Shown piece by piece: positions 20,026 through 29,794 of a DNA stretch of 64,000 nt (positions within the stretch are counted from its first letter, which is position 1; each line of letters starts with the position of its first letter). Where the stretch lies: NCBI GenBank assembly GCA_045580775.1, contig JAZNOK010000100.1, forward strand, positions 216 through 64,215. The letters are read 5' to 3'. Below the pieces are notes generated by a model that ran no database searches, was not told the DNA's origin, and saw only the letters and a program-made list of their open reading frames with translations. The stretch is from Eubacteriales bacterium. Its GTDB lineage: Bacteria > Bacillota > Clostridia > Oscillospirales > CAG-272. The position numbers were made by a program, and so were the translations under genes.

Positions 20026-21576
20026 TCAGTCCTCTATATAGTGAGCTCCGACACTTTCGTGTCTTTCGTACGCACCCTTTACCGCAAGATATGAGAACTG
20101 AGTCATGTTGTAAAGCTCATATCCGTACAGGGTGTTGAGCTGGGTGACATCAAGCTCTCCGAGCTTTTTCGAAAAATAATCCAGAGCGTATTTCATACCC
20201 TGTGTGGTACGTACAGGTCCTACGTATTTTGTGTTTATACAACGAAGCTCGTCCCTTTGCAGATTTGCACTCTTTCTGTCTAGGACCTTGTCCTTTGGTG
20301 TTATGATGCTTCCGACAAAACGGAGCTCTGAGTCTTCTACGATCCTTGTAGAAGCATTAGCAGACAATGCCGCTCTTCTGCCGAAAACAAGGCACTCGAG
20401 CATCGAGTTTGATGCCAGTCGGTTTGCACCGTGAATGCCCGTGCATGCACATTCACCTATAGCATACAGTCCCTCTACACATGTTTTTCCGTTAAGATCT
20501 GTTTTTATTCCTCCCATGTGATAGTGCTGTGCGGGATGCACCGGGATGAGATCATGTGTGAGATTTATTCCGCTTTCACGGCATTTTCCGTATATCGTGG
20601 GGAATCTCTCTGAGAAAAATTCGCGGCTCATGCTGCTTACATCGAGGAAAACACACTTGTGAGGATTCTTTTTCAGTTCCTTTAGTATGAAACGGGTAAC
20701 TATATCACGCGGTGCAAGGTCTTTTAGCGGGTGCTTGTCCGCCATGAAGGCCTCCCCTTTATAGTTTTTGAGTATTCCTCCCTCTCCTCTGACCGCCTCT
20801 GATATGAGAAACAGTCTCTCCGGTATATCGTCTGTCATGAGGGTAGTGGGGTGGAACTGTATCATTTCGAGCTTTTCTACTTTTGCACCCGCACGGTAAG
20901 CTGCGGCAATACCGTCACCTACAGATCCGCGTGGGTTCGTAGTATGAGAAAAGTTATGCCCGATACCGCCTGTTGCCAGTATTACATTAGGGCAGAGCAC
21001 TATCTTCAGACCCTCATTGTCAACATCAATGAGAGCACCGACGGTCTTGTTGTCAAGAGTAATGATATCTACGAGCGTACTGCGGAAAAGAAAGTCAAGG
21101 TTCTTTCTTTCCAAAGCTACCTGACCGAGCCTTCTGGTGCATTCTCTTCCTGTGGCATCTCCGCCGCAATGTACTATTCTGCGGATACTGTGGCCGCCTT
21201 CTCTTGTTATCTGAAGCTCCCCTTCCTCATTTGTATCGAAGGGAACGGACAGAGCTACCATCTCTTTTATATTTTCGGTGCTTTCACTTACGAGCAGTCT
21301 GACAGCTTCTTCATCGCACAGACCTGCACCTGCCCTGAGCGTGTCAGCCACATGGCTGTCCACGTTGTCCTCTTCGGATACGACAGCAGCAATGCCGCCC
21401 TGAGCAAGCCATGAGCTTGTAAATTCTATATCTGTTTTTGTAACTACCAGACACTTTTTCTCAGGGGAGATGTGAATAGCCGCATACAGTCCTGCGAGCC
21501 CTGTGCCGACTATCAGCACGTCGGTTCTTATTATCGGCAGTTTGTTGGTATCAAAATCGGTTAGATAACGACGCAT
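20026..21576 (-). CDS. nadB: L-aspartate oxidase
   Basis: FAD-binding motif VLIVGTGLAGLYAA and a succinate DH/fumarate reductase flavoprotein-like core (..RGEGG.., ..GLYAIGECACTGIHGANRLASNS). The start is set at the ATG 21576, preceded by ggag. Confidence 0.9.
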   Translation of the reverse strand: MRRYLTDFDTNKLPIIRTDVLIVGTGLAGLYAAIHISPEKKCLVVTKTDIEFTSSWLAQGGIAAVVSEEDNVDSHVADTLRAGAGLCDEEAVRLLVSESTENIKEMVALSVPFDTNEEGELQITREGGHSIRRIVHCGGDATGRECTRRLGQVALERKNLDFLFRSTLVDIITLDNKTVGALIDVDNEGLKIVLCPNVILATGGIGHNFSHTTNPRGSVGDGIAAAYRAGAKVEKLEMIQFHPTTLMTDDIPERLFLISEAVRGEGGILKNYKGEAFMADKHPLKDLAPRDIVTRFILKELKKNPHKCVFLDVSSMSREFFSERFPTIYGKCRESGINLTHDLIPVHPAQHYHMGGIKTDLNGKTCVEGLYAIGECACTGIHGANRLASNSMLECLVFGRRAALSANASTRIVEDSELRFVGSIITPKDKVLDRKSANLQRDELRCINTKYVGPVRTTQGMKYALDYFSKKLGELDVTQLNTLYGYELYNMTQFSYLAVKGAYERHESVGAHYIED

Positions 21577-21625
21577 TTTTACTCCGAGTCCTTTCAGCAC
21601 TCCGTTTGGAGATTATTATGATCTA

Positions 21626-22474
21626 TCAGTTAATTGTAAACTTCAGAGAAATATCGAGAGAACGTACCGAATGGGTAAGTGCCCCGATACTGATTATGTC
21701 AACACCTGTTTTTGCAACTTCATACAGGTCACGGTCTCCCATGTTGCCGGATGCTTCGGTCTTGGCTCTGCCGTCAACGATCTTTACAGCACGTGCCATG
21801 TCCTCGCATGACATGTTGTCGAGCATGATGATGTCAGCTCCTGCGGCGAGTGCTTCTTCGAGCTGCTCGAATGTCTCTACCTCAACTTCGATCTTGAGCG
21901 TATGCGGAGCATTTTTACGTGCACGGCTGACAGCTTCTGTAATGCTGCCTGCAGCTACAATGTGATTATCCTTTATCAGTATTCCGTCAGCAAGATTGAA
22001 ACGGTGGTTTGAGCCGCCTCCCACTCTTACTGCGTACTTTTCAAGAACGCGAAGCCCCGGGGTAGTCTTTCTTGTATCGGCGATCGTCGCACGGGTGCCT
22101 GCGATCTTTTTTGTGCATTCTCTTGTTTTTGTAGCGGTTCCGGAGAGACGCTGCATGAGATTGAGTCCTACACGCTCACCTGTCAGCAAAGATATCGCGG
22201 GTCCGCTGACTTCGGCTATGACATCTCCCTTTTTGATCTCATCTCCGTCCTTTTTGTAGGCGGTAAACACGATCTTGTCATCCAGCCTTGCATAGACGCG
22301 TTGTGCCAGATCAATGCCGCACAGCACGCCATCTTCCTTTGCTATATATTTGCCGTGGCCGACGGCATCCTCAGAAATTGTGGTAAGAGTAGTGATATCC
22401 CCTGTGCCGATATCTTCCTCAAGAGCTCTGTCGATGAGCTGTTCTACAGAATAGCAATAGCCGAGATTGTTCAT
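21626..22474 (-). CDS. nadC: Nicotinate-nucleotide diphosphorylase (carboxylating), quinolinate phosphoribosyltransferase
   Basis: ..EDIGTGDITT.., ..TRKTTPGLR..EKYAV..GGG.NHR.. and ..IMLDNM.. are typical NadC motifs. Confidence 0.92.
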   Translation of the reverse strand: MNNLGYCYSVEQLIDRALEEDIGTGDITTLTTISEDAVGHGKYIAKEDGVLCGIDLAQRVYARLDDKIVFTAYKKDGDEIKKGDVIAEVSGPAISLLTGERVGLNLMQRLSGTATKTRECTKKIAGTRATIADTRKTTPGLRVLEKYAVRVGGGSNHRFNLADGILIKDNHIVAAGSITEAVSRARKNAPHTLKIEVEVETFEQLEEALAAGADIIMLDNMSCEDMARAVKIVDGRAKTEASGNMGDRDLYEVAKTGVDIISIGALTHSVRSLDISLKFTIN

Positions 22475-22631
22475 GATTATCCTCCGAGATATGCAAATGA
22501 TTTGTTATTTACGGTATGCATGGGCATACCGACCCATTATCAAAAATAATTATAGCATGCTTTTTTTAAAAACGCAATAATCTCGCTTAAGAAATAACGG
22601 TCCGCCGCAGAATTAATTTACTATATTGTAC

Positions 22632-22674
22632 TTGATTTGAAGTGCAGGATAAAGTATAATACTATACTATAGTA
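22632..22674 (+). promoter_or_regulatory. Predicted sigmaA promoter (TTGATT-17-TATAAT) overlapped by a 15-nt palindrome
   Basis: ttgatt at 22632..22637 and tataat at 22655..22660. The perfect palindrome tactatactatagta at 22660..22674 lies about 115 nt upstream of the AI-2E gene pair. Confidence 0.5.
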
Positions 22675-22787
22675 TTGTAGTTATAAAGCAAGAACTCTTT
22701 TTTCTGTGAGATGATGAGATCTGAGGCTTACCGCTGCCGAAGAGTATAGGCGGCGTTAGAATAAAAGTGAGTTGTCGGAGGATGAGA

Positions 22788-23987
22788 ATGGACACAAATT
22801 ACCTAAAGACCAGATACCGTACCGTGTCGGTGTATGCATTGTTGCTTATACTTGCGGGCATCCTCGGTATTATCTGTGCGTTTCGTATAAGGGATGCTGT
22901 CAGAGTGCTTGGATATGTAATTGATGTGCTGCTTCCTGTCATTGTCGGTTTTGTTATCGCGTATCTGCTGATGCCTGCCGTGCACTTTTTTGAGGACAGG
23001 GTATTTTCAAAAATGCACGGTAAGCACCCGAGATCCCGCGTGCGTGCACTAAGTGTAATAATGGCGTTTTCTATCATGTTTATTGCGATTGCACTCATAG
23101 CTCTGCTGCTGATACCGCAGCTTCTGTCAAACTATACCGAGCTTGCGGCTCACGGAGAAGAGTATATAAAGTTCGCTCAGGATTTTGCCGACGGGATCAT
23201 CGGGGAGAGTGGATTTTTCGGAGATAATGAAACACTCTCGGAGCTGCTCGGGGCTGATCTTGATGTGTATCTGGGAGGTTTGCTTGTAGACTCGTTTTTG
23301 TTCGCGGATAAGCTGGTAGGCTCGATCATATCGCTGGCGGGCGGATTTATCAATTTTGCCGTGACCGCTGTATTCTCGCTCATTTGTGCGTTTGGCTTGA
23401 TGCTTTATTCAGAGAAGCTTTGCAGTTCCGCCATGAGAGTCGCAGCGGCTGTTTTGAACAAAAAACAGCTGAACATGCTCTGCCGTGCCTTACGCTCACT
23501 TGACCGTGCGTTCGGAGGCTTCTTCTCGGGAAGAATATTTGAGTCACTGATAATCGGCTTGATCAGTCTTGTTGTGTTTTATATCACCCGTATGCCATAT
23601 CCGCCGTTGCTTGCGGTTATTTTGGCAGTGTTCAATCTGATACCGTACTTCGGATCTATATTCGCGGGAGTGGTAGGCGGTGTGATCGTGTTTGTTGCTC
23701 AGCCGTCAATGCTCGTATGGTTTTTGATCATTGACCTGGTGATGGAGCAGATAGACGGAAATATTCTCGCTCCAAGAGTTCTCGGGGATACTGTCGGTAT
23801 GCACCCATTGTGTATATTTGTTTCAATTACCGTCATGGGAAATCTGCTGGGCGTTGCGGGGCTGATCGTCGGCGTTCCCATAGCCGCCGTGCTGATCGAG
23901 GCGGTAAGACATTTGTGTGATACTCGAGAAAAAAAGAACAGAGAAGAAAAGATCCGCGACACGGGAAGTGAGGGCACAGACAGATGA
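22788..23987 (+). CDS. AI-2E family transporter
   Basis: Polytopic protein with family-typical ..NLIPYFGS.. and ..EQIDGNILAPRVLGDTVGMHPL... The start is at the ATG 22788, 5 nt after ggagga. Confidence 0.8.
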   Translation: MDTNYLKTRYRTVSVYALLLILAGILGIICAFRIRDAVRVLGYVIDVLLPVIVGFVIAYLLMPAVHFFEDRVFSKMHGKHPRSRVRALSVIMAFSIMFIAIALIALLLIPQLLSNYTELAAHGEEYIKFAQDFADGIIGESGFFGDNETLSELLGADLDVYLGGLLVDSFLFADKLVGSIISLAGGFINFAVTAVFSLICAFGLMLYSEKLCSSAMRVAAAVLNKKQLNMLCRALRSLDRAFGGFFSGRIFESLIIGLISLVVFYITRMPYPPLLAVILAVFNLIPYFGSIFAGVVGGVIVFVAQPSMLVWFLIIDLVMEQIDGNILAPRVLGDTVGMHPLCIFVSITVMGNLLGVAGLIVGVPIAAVLIEAVRHLCDTREKKNREEKIRDTGSEGTDR

Positions 23988-25165
23988 AAAAACGTGATAA
24001 TGAAAAGTTCAACAGAATATTCATCTATGCTCTCGGAGTAATAGGCGTAGCATGTGCGTTTTTGTGCGTGCTTCTCAATTTCGGAGCTGTCAGCGGTTTT
24101 ATATCGAGACTTGTCTCTGCCTTCAAACCTGTTGTATATGCTGTGATATTTGTGTTTTGCGTAGGCGGAATAGTAAATATGTATTCCTCCTTTTTTGAAA
24201 AGCATATAGCCGGCTCAGAGAAGAGTGCTCTTGCGGCAAAGGTAATATCGGTGACTCTGGGGTATCTTACATTTCTCTTGATAATTGCCGCATTGCTGAT
24301 AATCGTTTTTCTGCCTCTTGTCAGCTCTTATTCCGACATACTCACGCGAATCCCCGAGTATCTCACAAATGCAAAGGCATGGGTCAGGGGTGCTATAGAC
24401 TCTATACCCATACTGTCTGAGCAGAGTGACAAGATTATGGAGTATATAAACGAGTCGCTGAACTTCTCGTATGACAGTATACAAAAATACGCTCCTGTCT
24501 TTATGGATATTATAAACAAGCTTGTATCCGAAGCATCAAACATGCTGCTTGGTCTGATAATCTCGATATACATTATCTGCTCCGGAAAGTTTATCGAGAG
24601 GGTGAAGGATAGACTTGTGCATGCTTTTCTCTCGGAGGAAAAAGCAAAAAAGGTCCACAGTGCCATTGTTACGGTATACGGATATTTTGCAGACTTTTTT
24701 TCAGGGAGACTGTTGTATTCGCTTATCATAGGTATTGTGTTCTATATAGTTTTGTGGGCTATGAATATACCGCTGTACTCGTTTATTTCTATCATGATAG
24801 GCGTTCTTGTATTTGTACCGGTGATAGGAACGGTGCTCGCTCTGGGACTTTCGCTGTTCTTTGTGTTTATTACCTCATACAGAATGTCCTTGTGGTTTTT
24901 GGTGCTGTTTTGTGTCGTGTTGCTTTCGGGATATTTGGTGCTTCAGAAGTATATTATCAAAAAGAGCGTCCGCACTACGGTCACGGCATCGCTTGTGTCT
25001 GTTCTGGTGCTTTACGGACTGTTGGGAACCACGGGAGCTGTGCTTGGAGTTCCTCTGTATCTCAGCTGTAAGCTTGCCGCACAGGCGATCATTTCCTCGC
25101 TTGAGAACAGAAGAGAGCGTCAGGATGCCAAAGCTGCCGATGATGACAGCGATATATTAGAATGA
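23984..25165 (+). CDS. AI-2E family transporter (second, divergent copy; ATGA-coupled)
   Basis: Polytopic with the same overall architecture (..VFVPVIGTVLA..). The start overlaps the upstream stop. Confidence 0.7.
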   Translation: MKKRDNEKFNRIFIYALGVIGVACAFLCVLLNFGAVSGFISRLVSAFKPVVYAVIFVFCVGGIVNMYSSFFEKHIAGSEKSALAAKVISVTLGYLTFLLIIAALLIIVFLPLVSSYSDILTRIPEYLTNAKAWVRGAIDSIPILSEQSDKIMEYINESLNFSYDSIQKYAPVFMDIINKLVSEASNMLLGLIISIYIICSGKFIERVKDRLVHAFLSEEKAKKVHSAIVTVYGYFADFFSGRLLYSLIIGIVFYIVLWAMNIPLYSFISIMIGVLVFVPVIGTVLALGLSLFFVFITSYRMSLWFLVLFCVVLLSGYLVLQKYIIKKSVRTTVTASLVSVLVLYGLLGTTGAVLGVPLYLSCKLAAQAIISSLENRRERQDAKAADDDSDILE

Positions 25166-25233
25166 CATTTTTGTGTTTTCAGAAAGATCATGTGATAAAG
25201 ATCGGATAGTTTTCGGAGAGGAGGTGAGCCCGG

Positions 25234-26967
25234 GTGAAGGGATTGATGAAGTATGTCCGTCCTCATATACCGTACATTGCATTGGCACTTTTAATAAAAT
25301 CGGCGGCATCTTTGACAGAGCTTGTCATACCTTATTTGCTAAAGACCATAATTGATGAAGCCGTGCCCTCAAAGGACGCGTCCCTTATATACAAGCTTGG
25401 CGGCGGTATGCTCTTATGTGCGGGAGCTTGTTTGATTTTGAACTTTACAGCGAACAGAATGTCAGCTGTGAGTGCAGGGAGGATAACGCAAAAGCTGCGT
25501 CATGATCTCTTCTCCAAAATAGGAGAGCTATCAAGTGCAGAGCTGGACTTTCTTACCGTTCCATCGGCTGTATCCCGGCTTACTTCGGATACATATAACA
25601 TAAATCAAATGCTCGCACGAATACAGCGAATGGGTATCAGAGCACCTATCATGCTTATAGGCGGCATCATTATCACAATGAGCATGGATGTGTACCTTTC
25701 GCTTGTGCTTGTGGCAATGCTTCCCATAATCGGCATCGTGGTGTACCTGGTCACCAAAAGAAGCGTGCCTCTCTATACAGAGAGTCAGGGGGTGCTGGAC
25801 AGAATGATTAGCACTCTCAGAGAGAACATTACGGGAGTGAGAGTGATAAAGGCACTGGGCAAGAGTGAGTATGAAAAGGACCGCTTTGACCGTGTGAACA
25901 AAACTCTGTATGATGTGGACAAGCGTGTAGGCTCGGTCATGGCAGTAACCAATCCCGTATCAGGGGCTGTACTGAATATCGGGCTCACATTTGTCGTTTT
26001 GGTGGGAGCGTTCAGGGTAAACGCCGGACTTACGGACGAGGGCGTTATTGTGGCTTTTCTCAATTATTTTACCATTATACACATGGCGATGCTCGGCGTT
26101 ACGAGAATATTTATTATGCTCTCAAAAGGAGAAGCCTCGGCTAAAAGAGTATCCGATGTCCTGATGACAGAAAGCACCATCAAGCTTGTCCCAAATCTCC
26201 CCATCTCAGGGAGCGGAGCTCATGTTGAGTTTGATCATGTGAGCTTTTCATACAACAAGGTAAGAGATAATCTCACAGATATTTGCTTTAGTCTCCCGAG
26301 AGGCGGGACTCTTGGTATTATCGGGGCTACAGGCTCGGGCAAAAGCACCCTTGTCAATCTGCTTTTGCGTATGTATGATGTTGATAGTGGATGTGTGTAC
26401 ATAGACGGCAGAGATGTTCGCTCGATAGAGCCAAAGGAGCTGAGAGGGAAGTTCGGTATTGTGTTTCAGAATGATTTTATCATGGCTGAGAGCATATACG
26501 AAAATATCAGATTTTTCAGAGATATATGCGATGAGGAGCTCAAGCGTGCTATACGCGTCTCTTGCGTGGAAGAATATGTAGATAACTACCCGGACGGCAT
26601 TGAGCATGTTCTCTCTCAAAGCGGAAATGATCTGTCGGGCGGGCAGAGGCAGAGGCTGCTTATTGCACGGGCACTCGCCTGTGCTCCGGAGATACTGGTG
26701 CTGGACGATGCATCCAGTGCTCTTGATTATGCTACAGATGCCAAATTCAGATCAATGCTAAAGACTGAGTACCGTGATACTACTCAGATCATAGTTACCC
26801 AGAGGGTAAGCTCGATCATGCATGCAGACCTGATCATAATGCTTGATGATGGAAAGGCTGTAGGCATAGGCACTCACTCACAGCTGCTTGAGTGTTGCGA
26901 TGAGTATCGGCATATAGCCGATATACAGCTCGGTGCTATGAAGGCGGGAGGTGAGTCGGATGGCTAA
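25234..26967 (+). CDS. ABC exporter subunit (TMD-NBD) with degenerate catalytic residues
   Basis: Walker A GATGSGKST and signature LSGGQRQR. Walker B reads ILVLDDASSALD (D in place of the catalytic E). The switch region reads VTQR (Q in place of H). Confidence 0.88.
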   Translation: MKGLMKYVRPHIPYIALALLIKSAASLTELVIPYLLKTIIDEAVPSKDASLIYKLGGGMLLCAGACLILNFTANRMSAVSAGRITQKLRHDLFSKIGELSSAELDFLTVPSAVSRLTSDTYNINQMLARIQRMGIRAPIMLIGGIIITMSMDVYLSLVLVAMLPIIGIVVYLVTKRSVPLYTESQGVLDRMISTLRENITGVRVIKALGKSEYEKDRFDRVNKTLYDVDKRVGSVMAVTNPVSGAVLNIGLTFVVLVGAFRVNAGLTDEGVIVAFLNYFTIIHMAMLGVTRIFIMLSKGEASAKRVSDVLMTESTIKLVPNLPISGSGAHVEFDHVSFSYNKVRDNLTDICFSLPRGGTLGIIGATGSGKSTLVNLLLRMYDVDSGCVYIDGRDVRSIEPKELRGKFGIVFQNDFIMAESIYENIRFFRDICDEELKRAIRVSCVEEYVDNYPDGIEHVLSQSGNDLSGGQRQRLLIARALACAPEILVLDDASSALDYATDAKFRSMLKTEYRDTTQIIVTQRVSSIMHADLIIMLDDGKAVGIGTHSQLLECCDEYRHIADIQLGAMKAGGESDG

Positions 26968-28789
26968 CCCCAACCTTATTGGCGGAGGACGTTATACGCG
27001 AAGCGAGATAAGCGGTGACAGACGCGGCGGCACAGGTACACTCAAAACTTCAAAAAAGCGATTACTTTTGAGGCTGTGGGAGTATCTTGGATACAACAGG
27101 ATCCTTATTGCGGCGGCACTTTTGCTATCTGTGATATCCAATCTTTTGGCTCTATGGGGCCCAAAACTGTCCGGAGAGGCGATAGATGCCATAGGTACGG
27201 AAGCGGGCATGGCTGATTTCGAGGCTGTTTTCAGAAATGTTGGCTTGATGTTGTTTTGCTATATCAGCTCGGCTGTGATATCCTATGTTCTCTCCTGTGT
27301 TATGATCAGGCTTTCGCGTGATGTTGTGTACAGAATGCGAAGAGACATAATGCACGCTATGTCAAGGTATCCTGTTTCGTTTTTTGACAGATATCAGCCC
27401 GGAGATATCATTTCTATCGTCACATACGATGTAGACACTGTCAATCAGTCTCTGTCAAGCGATCTGGTGCAAATAGTTCAGAGTGTAATTACCGTCACGG
27501 TTTCGTTTGTAATGATGCTTACCATCGCACCGAGGCTTGTTGTGATATTTGCCTTTACCGTTCCGTTAACTTTTGTTTTCACAAAGTGGCTCACCGGAAG
27601 AGTAAGGCCGCTTTTTCGCCGCAGAAGTGCATGCCTTGGCGAGATGAACGGTTACGCAGAGCAGATGCTCTCCGGACAGAAAACAACAAAGGCATACGGC
27701 GTCGAGGGGGAGGTCAACGCCGGTTTTGACGAGAAAAACGCAAAGGCTGTCAGTGCATATACAAAGGCAGAAGCATACGGAACGGTGACAGGTCCTGCTG
27801 TAAACTTTATCAACAATGCGAGTCTTGCTCTGGTCAGCGTGTTTGGCGGAGTAATGTTCATGAATGGCACTATCAGGCTCGGAGATCTGTCGAGCTTTGT
27901 TCAGTATTCAAGAAAATTCTCAGGACCTATAAACGAGTTTGCTAATATTCTGGGTGAGCTTCAGTCGGCGTTTGCGGCAGCAGAGCGGGTGTTTATGCTC
28001 ATTGACGCACAGCCTGAAGCTGATGATGCTCCTGGGTCGATCGAACTCGGCGAGGTCTCGGGAGATGTATGCTTTTCGGATGTGAGCTTTGGGTATGTAC
28101 CTGAGAGAACTGTAATAAAGCATTTTGATCTGGATGCAAAGGCAGGGTCCCTTGTAGCCATAGTAGGTCCTACCGGAGCAGGAAAGACCACCCTGATCAA
28201 TCTGCTCATGCGGTTTTACGATATAGAGCATGGCTCTATCACGGTGGATGGGTGTGACATCTACGGCATCAGGCGTGACTCACTGAGAAGGTTATATGCT
28301 ATGGTGCTACAAGAGACATGGCTGTTCTCGGGCACTATTTATGAAAACATAGCATACGGCAATCCGTCAGCATCCCGAGATCAGGTCATAGAAGCGGCAA
28401 AGGCAGCAAAGATCCACAACTTTATAATTTCGCTGCCGGATGGGTATGACACACAGCTGACAGATAACGGTACAGGCATATCAAAGGGGCAAAAACAGCT
28501 GATCACAATAGCCAGAGCTATGCTGCTGGATTCTCCGATGCTTGTGCTGGACGAAGCTACCAGCAATGTGGATACGGCTACAGAAATGCAGATCCAGCAG
28601 GCTATGAGAACTCTCATGGCAGGCAGGACCAGCTTTGTTATAGCACACAGACTCTCTACTGTCAGAGGTGCAGACAAGATAATAGTTATGCGTGACGGCG
28701 GTGTGTGCGAGTGCGGTACGCATGAGTCACTTATGGCGTCAGATGGCTTTTACAGGCAGCTGTACATGTCACAGTTTGAATCCTGCTGA
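26960..28789 (+). CDS. ABC exporter subunit (TMD-NBD), canonical Walker B/H-loop but degenerate signature
   Basis: Walker A GPTGAGKTT, Walker B MLVLDEATSNVD and H-loop IAHRLST. The signature reads ISKGQKQL instead of LSGGQ. The start is at the ATG 26960, after ggaggtg. Confidence 0.88.
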   Translation: MANPNLIGGGRYTRSEISGDRRGGTGTLKTSKKRLLLRLWEYLGYNRILIAAALLLSVISNLLALWGPKLSGEAIDAIGTEAGMADFEAVFRNVGLMLFCYISSAVISYVLSCVMIRLSRDVVYRMRRDIMHAMSRYPVSFFDRYQPGDIISIVTYDVDTVNQSLSSDLVQIVQSVITVTVSFVMMLTIAPRLVVIFAFTVPLTFVFTKWLTGRVRPLFRRRSACLGEMNGYAEQMLSGQKTTKAYGVEGEVNAGFDEKNAKAVSAYTKAEAYGTVTGPAVNFINNASLALVSVFGGVMFMNGTIRLGDLSSFVQYSRKFSGPINEFANILGELQSAFAAAERVFMLIDAQPEADDAPGSIELGEVSGDVCFSDVSFGYVPERTVIKHFDLDAKAGSLVAIVGPTGAGKTTLINLLMRFYDIEHGSITVDGCDIYGIRRDSLRRLYAMVLQETWLFSGTIYENIAYGNPSASRDQVIEAAKAAKIHNFIISLPDGYDTQLTDNGTGISKGQKQLITIARAMLLDSPMLVLDEATSNVDTATEMQIQQAMRTLMAGRTSFVIAHRLSTVRGADKIIVMRDGGVCECGTHESLMASDGFYRQLYMSQFESC

Positions 28790-28884
28790 GCAGTTTCTTT
28801 TTGCACCGTCCTTTTGCATATCCGGATTTGTATTTATCAGAGTGATACGGATGGGACAAAAACGCAATTTTTTTACAAAGTAAA

Positions 28885-28916
28885 AAAGGGTGTGCCGTAT
28901 GAGTGCGGCACACCCT
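28885..28916. terminator. Bidirectional intrinsic terminator
   Basis: Stem aagggtgtgccg / cggcacaccctt flanked by an A-run and a T-run. Confidence 0.85.
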
Positions 28917-28939
28917 TTTTTATTGCTGCTGTCAGGAGA

Positions 28940-29371
28940 CTATCCAATGGTACGTCTGTCACTTTCAGCTGCATAAGCGGTCCTGAGTCTGTTGTCTCCT
29001 TCTGCCAGAACGCCAAGCCCGAAGCTGACGGAAATGGCGTTGTTTACGTCATTCATCGCGGCGTCGTCCAGATGCCCCATTTTCTCTTTGAGGCGTTTTT
29101 TATCTATTGTGCGTATCTGCTCCAGCAGTACCACAGAATCCTTTGCGAGTCCCACGTCCTTTGCATAAATGTCGATGTGGGTGGGGAGCTTGGTCTTTGA
29201 GAGCCTTGACGTGATAGCGGCGGCGATGACCGTGGGACTGTACTTATTGCCGACATCGTTCTGTACTATCAGAACAGGACGAAGTCCTCCCTGTTCGGAG
29301 CCGATCACGGGGCTCAGGTCAGCGTAGAATATATCGCCGCGTCTAATGCTGTTTATTTTTTCCTCGTACAT
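28940..29371 (-). CDS. mazF: MazF/EndoA-type mRNA interferase toxin
   Basis: Near-collinear with my memory of B. subtilis Endo[71 protein letters not shown]. It carries an extra ~8 aa at the N-terminus and ~22 aa at the C-terminus. Confidence 0.9.
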   Translation of the reverse strand: MYEEKINSIRRGDIFYADLSPVIGSEQGGLRPVLIVQNDVGNKYSPTVIAAAITSRLSKTKLPTHIDIYAKDVGLAKDSVVLLEQIRTIDKKRLKEKMGHLDDAAMNDVNNAISVSFGLGVLAEGDNRLRTAYAAESDRRTIG

Positions 29372-29407
29372 ATATGAAATCCCTCACATACCGAAATTTA
29401 GGCATCC

Positions 29408-29437
29408 TTGCCCGACAATATTATTTTTGCCCGACAA
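29408..29437. repeat. Direct repeat TTGCCCGACAA x2 (19-nt period) just upstream of mazF
   Basis: ttgcccgacaa at 29408..29418 and at 29427..29437, which is 37-66 nt upstream of the mazF ATG. Confidence 0.5.
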
Positions 29438-29641
29438 AATATATTTCTAAACATGCCAAATACTTGAAATCAAAGCGTGAGGCTGATAATCGACGGACAA
29501 TTATCGACCTCGTTTTCAGTATATTCAGAATGCAAGTGAAATGACAGCAACCGAGACCGGCCATGATATCAGCCTATGCCAATAGATAATTGCCTTCGGA
29601 TATAATTGCGGTCTTTCTTTTCCTTTTTTTTTGCTCTATAG

Positions 29642-29685
29642 AAACAAACATCCCCGACAGACCGATCTGCCGGGGATGTTTGTTT
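29642..29685. terminator. Strong hairpin downstream of dapB (atypical terminator; no U-run on the minus strand)
   Basis: A 15-bp stem aaacaaacatccccg / cggggatgtttgttt. The T-run lies on the wrong side for the minus-strand transcript. Confidence 0.4.
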
Positions 29686-29794
29686 ATTCTGTTGGAATTT
29701 CGTTTTTTGTTGTTGACATGTCTGCTAAATAAGGGGAAGTCAGCATAGCTGTAAGGACGTCTGCGGGTCTTTGCCGCTTTGTCGGTCTGAAATG

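Noticed and set aside
20026-22474. A nadC-nadB pair without an adjacent nadA (quinolinate synthase).
   Set aside because: nadA may simply be encoded outside this window. Absence here is not evidence of pathway incompleteness.
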